DNA of 64,000 nucleotides from Corallococcus silvisoli (GTDB lineage Bacteria; Myxococcota; Myxococcia; Myxococcales; Myxococcaceae): NCBI RefSeq assembly GCF_009909145.1, contig NZ_JAAAPJ010000005.1, positions 528,470 to 592,469 of the forward strand, read 5' to 3'. Shown piece by piece: positions 9,457 to 18,026 of this stretch (position 1 is its first letter; each line of letters starts with the position of its first letter). The notes under the pieces were generated by a model. It saw only the letters and a program-made list of their open reading frames with translations, ran no database searches and was not told where the DNA came from. The position numbers and the translations under genes were made by a program.

Positions 9457-10366
9457 GGCGGATGGCCCCCGGCAGCAGCGTCATGGTGCAGGGCAGCCGG
9501 CCCGGAGTCTCCCCGTCCACGTCCAGGAACACGTCGCCCGTCTCGGACTCCGCGTGGAGCGTGCGGCAGCGCAGGCGGCGCGTGCCCTTCCAGTTGACGT
9601 GGTCGCCGTTGTAGACGCCCTTCGACTTGAGGACGAAGTCGGACAGGCCGTAGTTGGACCAGAGGGTGACGTCGAAGAGCCCGTCGTGCGTGAGCGCGTC
9701 CGGCGCGACGAACATCCCGCTGCCGAAGTAGCGCCCGTTGGCCACGGCCACCGCGGTGACGCTCACCGTCTCCGGCGCACCGCCATCCACCGTGAGGCGC
9801 ACCTGCTGCTCGGTGTACTTCATCAGGCCCTTCACGGTGCCCCACATGAAGCTCAGGTTGCCGCCCAGCGCCTTGCTGCCCTGATTCACCTCGCGGGCCA
9901 CCACCGCGCTCACGCCAAACGACGCGATGTTGGCGAAGAAGCGCGTCGCTGGGTTGCCGTCGTTGTCGATGAACTCCAGCCGCCCCACGTCGAAGGGCTC
10001 CGTCTTCTCCGTGCGCAGCCGCTCCAGCGCGGACGTCAGCTCCAGGTCCCACCCGAACGTGCGGCGGAAGTCGCCCCCCGTGCCCCGGGGCAGCAGCCCC
10101 AGCGTGGCTTGCGGGTTGATGACCTGCCCGTCGCGGAAGAAGCCGTTGGTGACCTCGTTGAGGGTGCCGTCGCCGCCCACCGCGACGATGCACTCGTAGC
10201 CGTCCTCGATGGCCTGCCGCGCCAGACGCGCCGCATCCATGCCGCCGCTGGTGAAGCCATGCCCGAACTCACCGAGCACCCGGCCCACCTGCGCGGAGAT
10301 CTCCACCCATCGCTTCCCCGTCTGCCCGTTGGCGCTGCGCGGGTTGACCACGAGGAACGTCTTCAT
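9446..10366 (-). CDS. Diacylglycerol-kinase catalytic-domain lipid kinase (YegS/BmrU-like)
   Basis: 'VVNPRSANGQTGKRW', 'CIVAVGGDGTLNEV' and 'GLLPRGTGGDF' are DAGK_cat motifs. Convergent with cheR, ends overlapping by 11 nt. Confidence 0.85.
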   Translation of the reverse strand: MKTFLVVNPRSANGQTGKRWVEISAQVGRVLGEFGHGFTSGGMDAARLARQAIEDGYECIVAVGGDGTLNEVTNGFFRDGQVINPQATLGLLPRGTGGDFRRTFGWDLELTSALERLRTEKTEPFDVGRLEFIDNDGNPATRFFANIASFGVSAVVAREVNQGSKALGGNLSFMWGTVKGLMKYTEQQVRLTVDGGAPETVSVTAVAVANGRYFGSGMFVAPDALTHDGLFDVTLWSNYGLSDFVLKSKGVYNGDHVNWKGTRRLRCRTLHAESETGDVFLDVDGETPGRLPCTMTLLPGAIRLKV

Positions 10367-10483
10367 TCAGTGCCATCTCCCTGCTGCGAGAACGGCTTGT
10401 TTACGCAATTGTGAGCCGGGGCTCCACTCCATGACCCACCAGAGGCCTCAAGGGCCCGGGGTGTTTGTCACCCGGGGCTGCTC

Positions 10484-11200
10484 GTGATGGGCTGTCCCCT
10501 CGTCGTTTTCCCTGGATCCCGAGTGAAAGCCCCGTCCCCGACCGAGCAGCTCGCGCCCCACCGGGAGGCCACGCGAGGCCTGGACTGGGACCTGCCGGCG
10601 CTGCGCGCGGACCTGGCGGCGGCGTCGCGGCAGCCCTTCCACGAGACGCGCGCCCAGGAGGACTTCCTGCACCGCCATGACGCACCCGCCCATGATTCCC
10701 AGGGGGTGGCGCGAACGGAGCGCTTCGAGCGGGCCCTGCACCGGGTCCGGCGGTGGGCGGACGCGGGGGAGCCCCTGACGTTCGCCCGGATGGCGGAGGC
10801 CCAGGCGGAGGCGCTGGGCGGGCCCACGGGCTTTCGCACCGGGGACGCGTTCGCGCATGGAGGCGCGCACCGCTACGCGCACACACCGGGCCTGGAGGCG
10901 GACTTCCGCGCGAAGGTGGAGGCGGACGCTCGGGAGCCCCGCCATCCGGTGGCGCATGCCACGCGGTTGTACCTGGACCTGTGTTTCTTCCATCCCTTCC
11001 CGGACGGCAACGCCCGGGCGGCGCGGCTGTGGCTGGAGTTCATGCTGCGGCGGGGCCGGCTGCCCACCCCGCCGCTGGCCCCCGTGGTGCTCTGGCCCAA
11101 GCGGCCGGGAGACGCCGTGGGCTACACCCGGATGGCGAGGTTGCTGGCGCGGAGCATCGCGGGGCCGGACGCCCCGTGTCGCAACGAGGTGCACGGATGA
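10484..11200 (+). CDS. Fic/Doc (Fido)-domain protein with atypical active-site motif HPFPDGNARAAR
   Basis: 'LCFFHPFPDGNARAARLWLEFML' matches the Fic core HxFx(D/E)GN(G/K)RxxR except G->A at the second Gly. N-terminal start uncertain. Stop overlaps the ATG of the next gene. Confidence 0.7.
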   Translation: MMGCPLVVFPGSRVKAPSPTEQLAPHREATRGLDWDLPALRADLAAASRQPFHETRAQEDFLHRHDAPAHDSQGVARTERFERALHRVRRWADAGEPLTFARMAEAQAEALGGPTGFRTGDAFAHGGAHRYAHTPGLEADFRAKVEADAREPRHPVAHATRLYLDLCFFHPFPDGNARAARLWLEFMLRRGRLPTPPLAPVVLWPKRPGDAVGYTRMARLLARSIAGPDAPCRNEVHG

Positions 11201-11862
11201 ACCCTGAGGATTCGTTGAACTCGTGGCGACAAATCCGCGCGAGCCTGGCCGCCTATGATCCGGTGGCGCTGGCCTCCCGGCTGCGAGAGGTCCTGGCCCC
11301 GTTGAAGGCCGGTGACTTCTCGAAGCCTGCGCTCCAGCCGCGCATCGAGGAGGTGAAGCAGCTGCTCTGGAGCGAGCTGGGCCCCTGGTACAACCTGAGC
11401 GGCCTCTCCCTGGGAAACGCGAGCCTGGGGGGCTACTGCTGGTGTCACTCGTTCTTCAATCAGGCGCCCGTGCCCACCCGGGACGTGGATGAGAACATCG
11501 AGCTCATGCTGGAGGCGCTGGAGCGGATTCAAGAGTATCTGGATGCATTGGACGCCGTGTTCGAAGCCACGCGGGGTGAGCTGGCGGCGGCCGCTGGCAA
11601 CGCGAAGCGCCGGGCGAGGGCGCTCGCGGACGGACTGGTTGAGACAGTGGAGGTCACCGCCAGGATGACCGGCTGCGAGGATGCCTGGTATCGGATCGCG
11701 GAGCGGGCACTGTGGTGGTGCGTCACGGCGCTGGACCTGTATGTAAAGCCGGCCGCGGAGAAGCTGATGAACACGTGCTTCGTATTCGGGTCCTGGGTGG
11801 CGCCGTCCGAAGACGCGCTCAGGTCCGCGGCGGCGAGGGTGGCTGCGTCGGTGGCGCCGTGA
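11197..11862 (+). CDS. Hypothetical protein, paralog A of a duplicated pair (GGYCWCH motif)
   Basis: 221 aa. ATG overlaps the Fic stop (ATGA). Roughly 40% identical over full length to the next ORF (e.g. 'LGPWYNLSGLSLGNASLGGYCWCHSFF' vs 'LGPWYTETGVVLGNESIGGYCWCHRFF'). No family recognised. Confidence 0.6.
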   Translation: MNPEDSLNSWRQIRASLAAYDPVALASRLREVLAPLKAGDFSKPALQPRIEEVKQLLWSELGPWYNLSGLSLGNASLGGYCWCHSFFNQAPVPTRDVDENIELMLEALERIQEYLDALDAVFEATRGELAAAAGNAKRRARALADGLVETVEVTARMTGCEDAWYRIAERALWWCVTALDLYVKPAAEKLMNTCFVFGSWVAPSEDALRSAAARVAASVAP

Positions 11863-12560
11863 GCAAGACGGCCCTGGGCTCCTGGCAGCGCATTCGCGAC
11901 AGCCTGGACGGCTACGAGCCGGAGAAGCTGATCCGGTTGCTGCGTGAATACCTGACGCCCCAGGTCCCGCCGGGGACGCGCAAGCTGACGGATGCGCAGC
12001 ACGACGCGATGGCGAAACACATCCAGCGGCTGCTCGAACAGAACCTGGGTCCCTGGTACACGGAGACGGGCGTCGTCCTGGGCAATGAGAGCATCGGTGG
12101 CTACTGCTGGTGTCACCGGTTCTTCAGACAGAAGCCCACGCCGAACATGAGCGTTGAATACAACATCCAGCTCATGATCGACGCGCTGGAGCGCTCGCGG
12201 GAATGGCTGTTCAAGCTGGACGCCCGGTTTGAAGCGCTCCGGCACGACCTGCCCTCGGCGCCTGATGACACGGACATCCGGATGCTCGCGTTGGCGGACG
12301 GACTGGTCTCGACGCTGGACATCACCATCCAGGCCACGGCCTGCGAGGAGGCCTGGTATGGCTTCGCGGACCGGGCCCTGGGGTGGATGTTCGACGCGCT
12401 GGGGCTCCGGCCGGGCTATCAGGCCGGCAAGCTGATGAACAAGCTGTTCGCCTTCGAGTCCTGGCACGCGCCGCCCCTGGAGGAGCTGCGGGACTCGGCG
12501 GAGAAGGTGGCGGCGGCCGTCGTGGAGGACGAAGGCCGTCGTCACACCCACAAGCGCTGA
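11859..12560 (+). CDS. Hypothetical protein, paralog B of the duplicated pair
   Basis: GTG start overlapping the previous stop (GTGA). Collinear similarity to paralog A including the C-x-C-H motif and 'EEAWYGFADRALGW' vs 'EDAWYRIAERALWW'. Confidence 0.6.
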   Translation: MSKTALGSWQRIRDSLDGYEPEKLIRLLREYLTPQVPPGTRKLTDAQHDAMAKHIQRLLEQNLGPWYTETGVVLGNESIGGYCWCHRFFRQKPTPNMSVEYNIQLMIDALERSREWLFKLDARFEALRHDLPSAPDDTDIRMLALADGLVSTLDITIQATACEEAWYGFADRALGWMFDALGLRPGYQAGKLMNKLFAFESWHAPPLEELRDSAEKVAAAVVEDEGRRHTHKR

Positions 12561-12572
12561 AGCGCCCGTGGC

Positions 12573-13247
12573 TCAGTGGACCGGCTTCTTCTGCGTCGGG
12601 CGTGAGCCCCCTTTCACCTCGATGCGCCTTCCTTCGGACCTGGCCTGGGGAAGCTTCAGCGACACCTCCAGCACGCCGTTCTCGAAGTGCGCCTGGGCCG
12701 TCTCCGTCTCGATGCCTTCCGGGAGGGGGATGGCCCGGCGGAACGAACCGGAGCCGCGCTCCATGCTCCAGATGCCGTCTTCCTCCCCTTCCTGCTCGAA
12801 GGCGCGCTCGCCTTCGAGCACGAGCAGGTCCTCCAGCACCTCGACGCGGATGTCCTCCTGCTTCATGCCCGGCAGGTCCGCCCGAATCAGCAGGTTCCCG
12901 TCCCGCTCCAGCACGTCCACCTGCGGCGACCACAAGCCGCCCTCCGGGGCGCCACGCCCCCGCAAGCCCAGGGCGCCACCCGCGAAGTCCGTGAAGAGCT
13001 GATCCATGTCCTCCATCATCCGGCTCATCAGGCCAAACGGGCTCAGGGAGAGGACGTCACGCAACGGCGCAGGGGAATAGGACTCGCGGCGCGTGATGCC
13101 GGCCCCCTGCTTCGGCTCCTGTGCCTGGGGAGAGGACCTGGGCGCGCCGGCTTGCCTGGGACCGGACGCGCCTTCCTGGGCATTCTTCACCGCGGGCGAG
13201 GCGGGGGATGACCCGCGCGCCCCCGGGTTCGTGTTGTCGGCTGCCAT
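12573..13247 (-). CDS. Hsp20/alpha-crystallin small heat-shock protein
   Basis: 'GNLLIRADLPGMKQEDIRVEV...SFRRAIPLPEGIETETAQAHFENGVLEVSL' is the ACD fold. ATG 13247 is preceded by 'GAAAGGA'. The longer ORF to 13337 is probably not translated. Confidence 0.8.
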   Translation of the reverse strand: MAADNTNPGARGSSPASPAVKNAQEGASGPRQAGAPRSSPQAQEPKQGAGITRRESYSPAPLRDVLSLSPFGLMSRMMEDMDQLFTDFAGGALGLRGRGAPEGGLWSPQVDVLERDGNLLIRADLPGMKQEDIRVEVLEDLLVLEGERAFEQEGEEDGIWSMERGSGSFRRAIPLPEGIETETAQAHFENGVLEVSLKLPQARSEGRRIEVKGGSRPTQKKPVH

Positions 13248-13416
13248 GACATCCTTTCCCCGATGAGCCCGGCCACCGCGCAGCACCGGCGAAGCAAGCA
13301 GGGACGTGATTGTCCCAGCCCAAAGCTTGCGGCGCACGGGGAGGCCATCAAGAGCCGGGCACGGCAGCCTCGTGGCAGCCCGTCAGGCCTCCGCTGTCTG
13401 TCATTGGCGGCCAGCG

Positions 13417-14304
13417 CTACGCGAGGAGGGTCGCGTCCATCACCGTGAGCGCCACCCCGCCGACACGGGCGCGCTCGATGTGGCCGGGACGGCCCGTCAC
13501 CTGGATGTCGATGCGGCCCGGCTTGCCGAGCGTGTCTCCCTGTTCGATGCGGCTGTGAACCGTACCTCCCTGCGCTGGCAGGCGGAGGCTCCCGTGCTCG
13601 ACGAGGTAGGCTGCCAGCGGCCCCGCGGCGGAGCCCGTCACGGGATCCTCGAGGACGCCAAAGCCTGGAACGAAGTAGCGCGCCTGCGCCACGCTGCCCT
13701 CCTCCTTCGCCTCGCGGGTGAAGAGGTAGACGCCGCGAACCCCATGAGGCATCAGCAGCGTGTTCAACACCGCGCCCCGGGGCGTCAGGGCCTCCAGGTC
13801 CGCGAGCCGCTTCATGGGCACCATCAACCGGTGGCCCTGGCGGATGACCGGCAGCGCCGGGTCCACCTGCTCGGCCGTGCCCCCTACGGCGGCCATCAGC
13901 GGGTCCATCGCCACGGGGTTCGGCTGCACGGGCGGCTGGGGGGTGACGATCCACACCCGCGTCTCCCGCGCGCCCCGGGGCTCCAGCTCGATGTCGAACG
14001 AACCCGCGGGGCACTCCAGCGTGTACACACCCGGGCTTCGCAGCAGGCCCTTCTCCGCGAGCAGGTGGAAGGTGGCCACGGTGGCGTGGCCGCAGAAGGC
14101 GATCTCATCCATGGGCGTGAAGTAGCGCAGGCGCACCGTGGGGTCGCCCGGGCGGGACAAGACAAAGGCGGTCTCCGACGCACCGACCGCCGCGGCGGTG
14201 CGCTGCATCGTGGGGACGTCCAACGCCGCGCCGTCGAGCACGACGCCCGCGCGGTTTCCGGCACCGGCGGTGCGGGTGAAGGCATCGATGATGTGGACCT
14301 GCAT
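13417..14304 (-). CDS. PhzF-family (phenazine-biosynthesis-like) isomerase/epimerase
   Basis: 'MQVHIIDAFTRTAGAGNRAGVV...ETAFV...YFTPMDEIAFCGHATVA' are PhzF/DAP-epimerase-like signatures. The upstream ORF extension to 15336 is rejected as an artefact. Confidence 0.8.
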   Translation of the reverse strand: MQVHIIDAFTRTAGAGNRAGVVLDGAALDVPTMQRTAAAVGASETAFVLSRPGDPTVRLRYFTPMDEIAFCGHATVATFHLLAEKGLLRSPGVYTLECPAGSFDIELEPRGARETRVWIVTPQPPVQPNPVAMDPLMAAVGGTAEQVDPALPVIRQGHRLMVPMKRLADLEALTPRGAVLNTLLMPHGVRGVYLFTREAKEEGSVAQARYFVPGFGVLEDPVTGSAAGPLAAYLVEHGSLRLPAQGGTVHSRIEQGDTLGKPGRIDIQVTGRPGHIERARVGGVALTVMDATLLA

Positions 14305-14448
14305 GGGCGGGCTCCGGGTGGCTGAAGGGGCGCGAAACGGCGCAGGCATGCTCCCCTCCCCCGCCGCCGTCAAGCGCCGACCCGGCACTCCATCGCCCAT
14401 GCAGAACAGGGTTGAACCGGCCCCCTTGAACAGGCACAGCGGAGGGGC

Positions 14449-15228
14449 ATGAAACAACTGAAGACAGGTGGGTGGGGGCTGGTGCTGGGGGTGCTGCTCC
14501 ATGCGAGCGCCGCCTCGGCACAGATCGTCAATGTCCAGGCGCTCTTCGACGAGAAGGCGGAGCTGGGGCCCGCCGCGTCCATCGAGCTGGGCGGCGACTG
14601 GCGCACGGGCAGCACGCGGCTCTTCACCGTGCGGGGCTCGCTGGTGGGCCAACTGCGCTCGGAGCGGAACGTGTGGCTGGGCATCATCCGCGGGGAGTAC
14701 TCGTTCGCCAGTGGCGAGCGCATCGTGAGCCAGGTCCTGGAACACGTCCGCTACCGCCGGAAGCTCAGCGACAGCGTGTCCGGTGAGGTCTTCGCCCAGC
14801 ACGAATACAACGAGTTCCGCCGGCTCCAGTTCCGGGCGCTGCTGGGCGCCGGGCCCCGCGTCGTGCTGTTCAACGAGGACGCCACGGGGCTCACCTTCGG
14901 CGTCGCGCTGATGGTCGAACACGAGCGGCTGCGCAAGGACGGCGAGGCGGACGCGGGCGACCGCTACACGGATCCACGCGTGTCCAGCTACCTGCTGGGC
15001 CGGCTGAAGTTGATGGAGAACATCCAGCTGGTGGAGACGGTCTATTTCCAACCGCGCGTCACGCGCCCCTCCGACCTGCGCGTGCTCAACGAGACGCTGT
15101 TCGCGGTGACGCCCAACCCCCGGGTCACGGTGGGCATTGGCTTCAACCTCACCTACGACAGCGCGCCCCCCGCGACGGTGCCGCCCCTGGACACGCAGCT
15201 GCGCACCACCGTGGGGGTGAAGCTCTAG
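14449..15228 (+). CDS. Secreted/outer-membrane protein with signal peptide (DUF481-like beta-rich protein?)
   Basis: Signal peptide 'GGWGLVLGVLLHASAASAQ'. Alternating hydrophobic beta-strand-like pattern. No catalytic motifs. Confidence 0.5.
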   Translation: MKQLKTGGWGLVLGVLLHASAASAQIVNVQALFDEKAELGPAASIELGGDWRTGSTRLFTVRGSLVGQLRSERNVWLGIIRGEYSFASGERIVSQVLEHVRYRRKLSDSVSGEVFAQHEYNEFRRLQFRALLGAGPRVVLFNEDATGLTFGVALMVEHERLRKDGEADAGDRYTDPRVSSYLLGRLKLMENIQLVETVYFQPRVTRPSDLRVLNETLFAVTPNPRVTVGIGFNLTYDSAPPATVPPLDTQLRTTVGVKL

Positions 15229-15253
15229 AAGTGCCTCGGCGTCGCGGGTCCGC

Positions 15254-15937
15254 TCATGGCGAACCGAAGTAACGCCGCAGTCCTCGCTGTCCCGTGGGCG
15301 TGACGGTGAGGCCCCGGGAGTCGGGCTGACGTTCAACCCATCCCAGCGCGAACACCCGCGAGGCGAGCGCGGCCCCCAGCGCCCCGGCGAGGTGGTCGCG
15401 CCGCTCGCTCCAATCGAGACACCGGTGGGCGAACTGGCGACGCTGTTCGCGCAGCGGGGCCACCTCGATGCCGAAGGCCGTGAACCAGCCCTCTCCCGTG
15501 TCCGTCAGGGCGAAGGCCCTGCGCCGGAGGGACAGGTGCCCGGCCCGCAGGAGCGCGTCGGTGATGTCCATCCCCAGCCTGCCCGCCAGATGGTCGTAGC
15601 AGTAGCGCGCGGCCCGCAGGGGCTCCGGTGTCGCGGAGGCCCGAGGCCCCCGGACCGCCACCGCCATCATCGCTTCCACCATTCGCGCCACGGTGGGTGT
15701 GGCGATCCGGAACACCTTGTTGCGGCCCTGGCGCGTGGAGCGAAGCAGCCGGGCCCCCTCCAGCCGCTGGAGGTGCGCGGTCGCCGTCGCCGGACTGACG
15801 CCGGTGCCGAACGCGAGTTCCTTCGCGACGAGCGCGCGCCCCTCCATGAGCAGCTCCAGCATCCGGATCCGCGTGGCGTCGCCCACCGCGCTGGCGAGCG
15901 TCGCGAGGTCCGGCCCTGCATTCATCGTTCGCTCCAT
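15254..15937 (-). CDS. ArsR/MarR-like winged-helix transcriptional regulator with C-terminal extension
   Basis: 'ATRIRMLELLMEGRALVAKELAFGTGVSPATATAHLQRLEGARLL' is an ArsR-type HTH. Divergent from the P450 gene. Confidence 0.6.
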   Translation of the reverse strand: MERTMNAGPDLATLASAVGDATRIRMLELLMEGRALVAKELAFGTGVSPATATAHLQRLEGARLLRSTRQGRNKVFRIATPTVARMVEAMMAVAVRGPRASATPEPLRAARYCYDHLAGRLGMDITDALLRAGHLSLRRRAFALTDTGEGWFTAFGIEVAPLREQRRQFAHRCLDWSERRDHLAGALGAALASRVFALGWVERQPDSRGLTVTPTGQRGLRRYFGSP

Positions 15938-15999
15938 GACGAACCCTTTCCTAGCACCGAGGCCGGAAGAACGACGAGAGTCTCCGCGAGCGAGGCCCC

Positions 16000-17133
16000 A
16001 TGAGACCGCCCACCGACCCGTATCTGGCCGTCACCCATCCCGACCCCTACCCGTTCTACGCGGGGCTTCGTGCCAGGGGAGGACTGCACCGCATCGAAGG
16101 GTTCGACCCGTGGATCGCGGCGGACGGAGCCACGGTCCGGGCCGTGCTCACCAGCGAGCACTGCCGGGTGCGGCCTCTGGCGGAGCCCATCCCCCCGCAC
16201 CTGGGCGGCACCGCCGCGGGCGCGCTCTTTGGACGCCTGGTGCGCATGAATGACGGAGGGCCGTTCCCCACCGTGAAGCGGGCCCTGGCGAGCTCGCTGG
16301 AAGAGATGATGTCGGCGCTGGAAGCAGAGAGCCGCCGCTGGTCCGCCCGGCTCTTCGCGGAGCCCTCCATCGCGCTCCTTCCAACCCGGGCGCTCCAGCT
16401 GCCTGTCTTCGTGCTCGGCACGCTGCTGGGCCTTCCAGAGGACGGGCTGGACGCGTGCGTGCAGGACGTGGAGGCCTATGTTCGCTCGGTCGTCCATTCC
16501 CAGGCGGTCAGCGAGGGGGCGGCGAGCGCCGCGCGGCTGACCGGGCGCGTGGAGGACTGCGCCCAAGCGAGGCCAGCGCTGCTGAGCCGCTTCTCCGCGC
16601 GAATGCAGGAGGGCGGTGCGCCAGCCGAGCTGCGCACACCCAACGCGGTGGGACTGCTCACTCAAGCCTATGAGGCCACGGCGGGGCTCCTGGGCGCGTC
16701 GCTGCTCGCCATTGCCAGGATGCCGTCGCTGCGGACGCAGCTCGCACGCCGTGAATGCACCATGGAGGATGTGGTGCGGGAGGCGGCCCGGCACGAATCC
16801 CCCGTCCAGAACACCCGGCGCTTCGTCCACTCGCGGGTGTCCGTCGCGGGCCAGGAGCTGGAAGCAGGTGCGACCGTGGTCGTCGTGCTCGCGGCGGCGA
16901 ATCGCGATCCCCAGGAGAATCCCCGGCCCGACGACTTCCTGCCCCGGCGCGTGGACCGCCGGACCTTCACCTTCGGCCTGGGTACCCACGCCTGTCCAGG
17001 CCAGCGGCTGGCGGAGACCATGGCCGTCGCGGCGGCGGAACAGGTGCTCGCGAGCGGCCTGGACCTGTCTCCCCTGTCGGGCCCCGTCACCTGGCGCGCA
17101 TCCACCAACACCCGCATCCTGAGAGGACCGTGA
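16000..17133 (+). CDS. Cytochrome P450
   Basis: Heme-binding loop 'FTFGLGTHACPGQRLAE' (FxxGxHxCxG). 'ESPVQNTRR' is the ExxR region. Confidence 0.9.
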   Translation: MRPPTDPYLAVTHPDPYPFYAGLRARGGLHRIEGFDPWIAADGATVRAVLTSEHCRVRPLAEPIPPHLGGTAAGALFGRLVRMNDGGPFPTVKRALASSLEEMMSALEAESRRWSARLFAEPSIALLPTRALQLPVFVLGTLLGLPEDGLDACVQDVEAYVRSVVHSQAVSEGAASAARLTGRVEDCAQARPALLSRFSARMQEGGAPAELRTPNAVGLLTQAYEATAGLLGASLLAIARMPSLRTQLARRECTMEDVVREAARHESPVQNTRRFVHSRVSVAGQELEAGATVVVVLAAANRDPQENPRPDDFLPRRVDRRTFTFGLGTHACPGQRLAETMAVAAAEQVLASGLDLSPLSGPVTWRASTNTRILRGP

Positions 17134-17477
17134 TGATCGCTGTCATTTTCGAGGCCTGGGCTCACGAGGATCACCATCAGCGGTACCTGGACCTGGCCGC
17201 GGCCCTGCGCCCCCTGCTGGCAGGCATCGATGGCTTCATCTCCATCGAGCGCTTCCAGAGCCTCAGCGAGCCCGGCAAGCTGCTGTCGCTGTCCTACTGG
17301 CGCGACGAGGCGGCGGTGGCGGAGTGGCGGCGGCTGGAAGCCCACCGTGAAGCACAGCGCGAGGGCCGGGAGGGGGTGTTCAACGACTACCGGCTGCGCG
17401 TGGCGCACGTGCTGAGGGACTACGGATTGAAGGACCGGGCGGCCGTGCCCGCCGACAGCCGCACCGCGCACGACTGA
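17133..17477 (+). CDS. ABM-domain monooxygenase-like protein coupled to P450
   Basis: ATG overlaps the P450 stop (TGATG). 'MIAVIFEAWAHEDHHQRYLDLAAALRPLLAGIDGFISIERFQS' is ABM/Dabb-like. Confidence 0.65.
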   Translation: MIAVIFEAWAHEDHHQRYLDLAAALRPLLAGIDGFISIERFQSLSEPGKLLSLSYWRDEAAVAEWRRLEAHREAQREGREGVFNDYRLRVAHVLRDYGLKDRAAVPADSRTAHD

Positions 17478-17597
17478 GACGGCGACCGCACCGCGTCCGT
17501 CTCCCTGGCCCTCCGTCCATCGGGCCGCGTGCGCGGCCGCCTCTCCGGTCGCGTGCGGGCAACGACTCCCCACCTTCTCCAGGGGGTGCACTGCACG

Positions 17598-17996
17598 ATG
17601 AGACACGAGCGTTGGAGAGGAGTCGGGGGACTGGCGGCCCTGTTGCTTGGGCTCCCCGTGCTGGGTCAGAGCGGAGGCATCCCCGCGGGAGCGCCCCAAT
17701 TCTCCTGCTTCGAGGCGGCCCGGGCGGGCGGCGCGGTGACGGACACCCTCGCGGCCCAGCTCTGCCAGGGCGCCCGCTCCGACTCGCCAGCCCGGTGCTT
17801 CCAGCGCGTCCAGGCGGGAGGCTTCCTGTCGGATCCTCAAGCGCTCCAGCTCTGCCAGTACGCCACGCCCGAGGACGATCCCGCCTCCTGCTTCTTGAAG
17901 GCGAGAACATCCTCGTTCGCGGATGAGACCCAGCTCTTGCAGCTCTGCCGACCGCCCATCGCGGAGATGCTGCAACTGTGCCCCTACGGCCCCTGA
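17598..17996 (+). CDS. Small secreted cysteine-rich protein with three internal ~24-aa repeats (CF..AGG....LQLCQ)
   Basis: Signal peptide 'GGLAALLLGLPVLGQ'. Repeats 'FSCFEAARAGGAVTDTLAAQLCQ', 'PARCFQRVQAGGFLSDPQALQLCQ' and 'PASCFLKARTSSFADETQLLQLCR'. Confidence 0.5.
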   Translation: MRHERWRGVGGLAALLLGLPVLGQSGGIPAGAPQFSCFEAARAGGAVTDTLAAQLCQGARSDSPARCFQRVQAGGFLSDPQALQLCQYATPEDDPASCFLKARTSSFADETQLLQLCRPPIAEMLQLCPYGP

Positions 17997-18026
17997 ACCG
18001 CGCCCACTGGCTTCATTCAGTGGGTG
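17997..18026. terminator. Hairpin (CCCACTG-N8-CAGTGGG) between convergent genes
   Basis: 7-bp stem inverted repeat overlapping the stop codon of the aminopeptidase gene and ~0-5 nt after the stop of the Cys-rich small protein gene. No T-tract, so likely not a canonical intrinsic terminator. Confidence 0.3.

Noticed and set aside
10367-10483. Near-palindrome CCCGGGGTG-tttg-tCACCCGGGG upstream of the Fic gene, considered as an operator
   Set aside because: Imperfect (one mismatch) and GC-rich like the background. Could equally be a chance hairpin or a terminator-like structure for the convergent region, so it is not listed as a feature.
13417-15336. 639-aa minus-strand ORF that would fuse the PhzF-like gene to ~340 extra N-terminal residues
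   Set aside because: The N-terminal extension is low-complexity and overlaps the well-formed signal-peptide gene at 14449..15228 on the plus strand. PhzF homology begins exactly at the internal ATG (14304, 'MQVHIIDAF').
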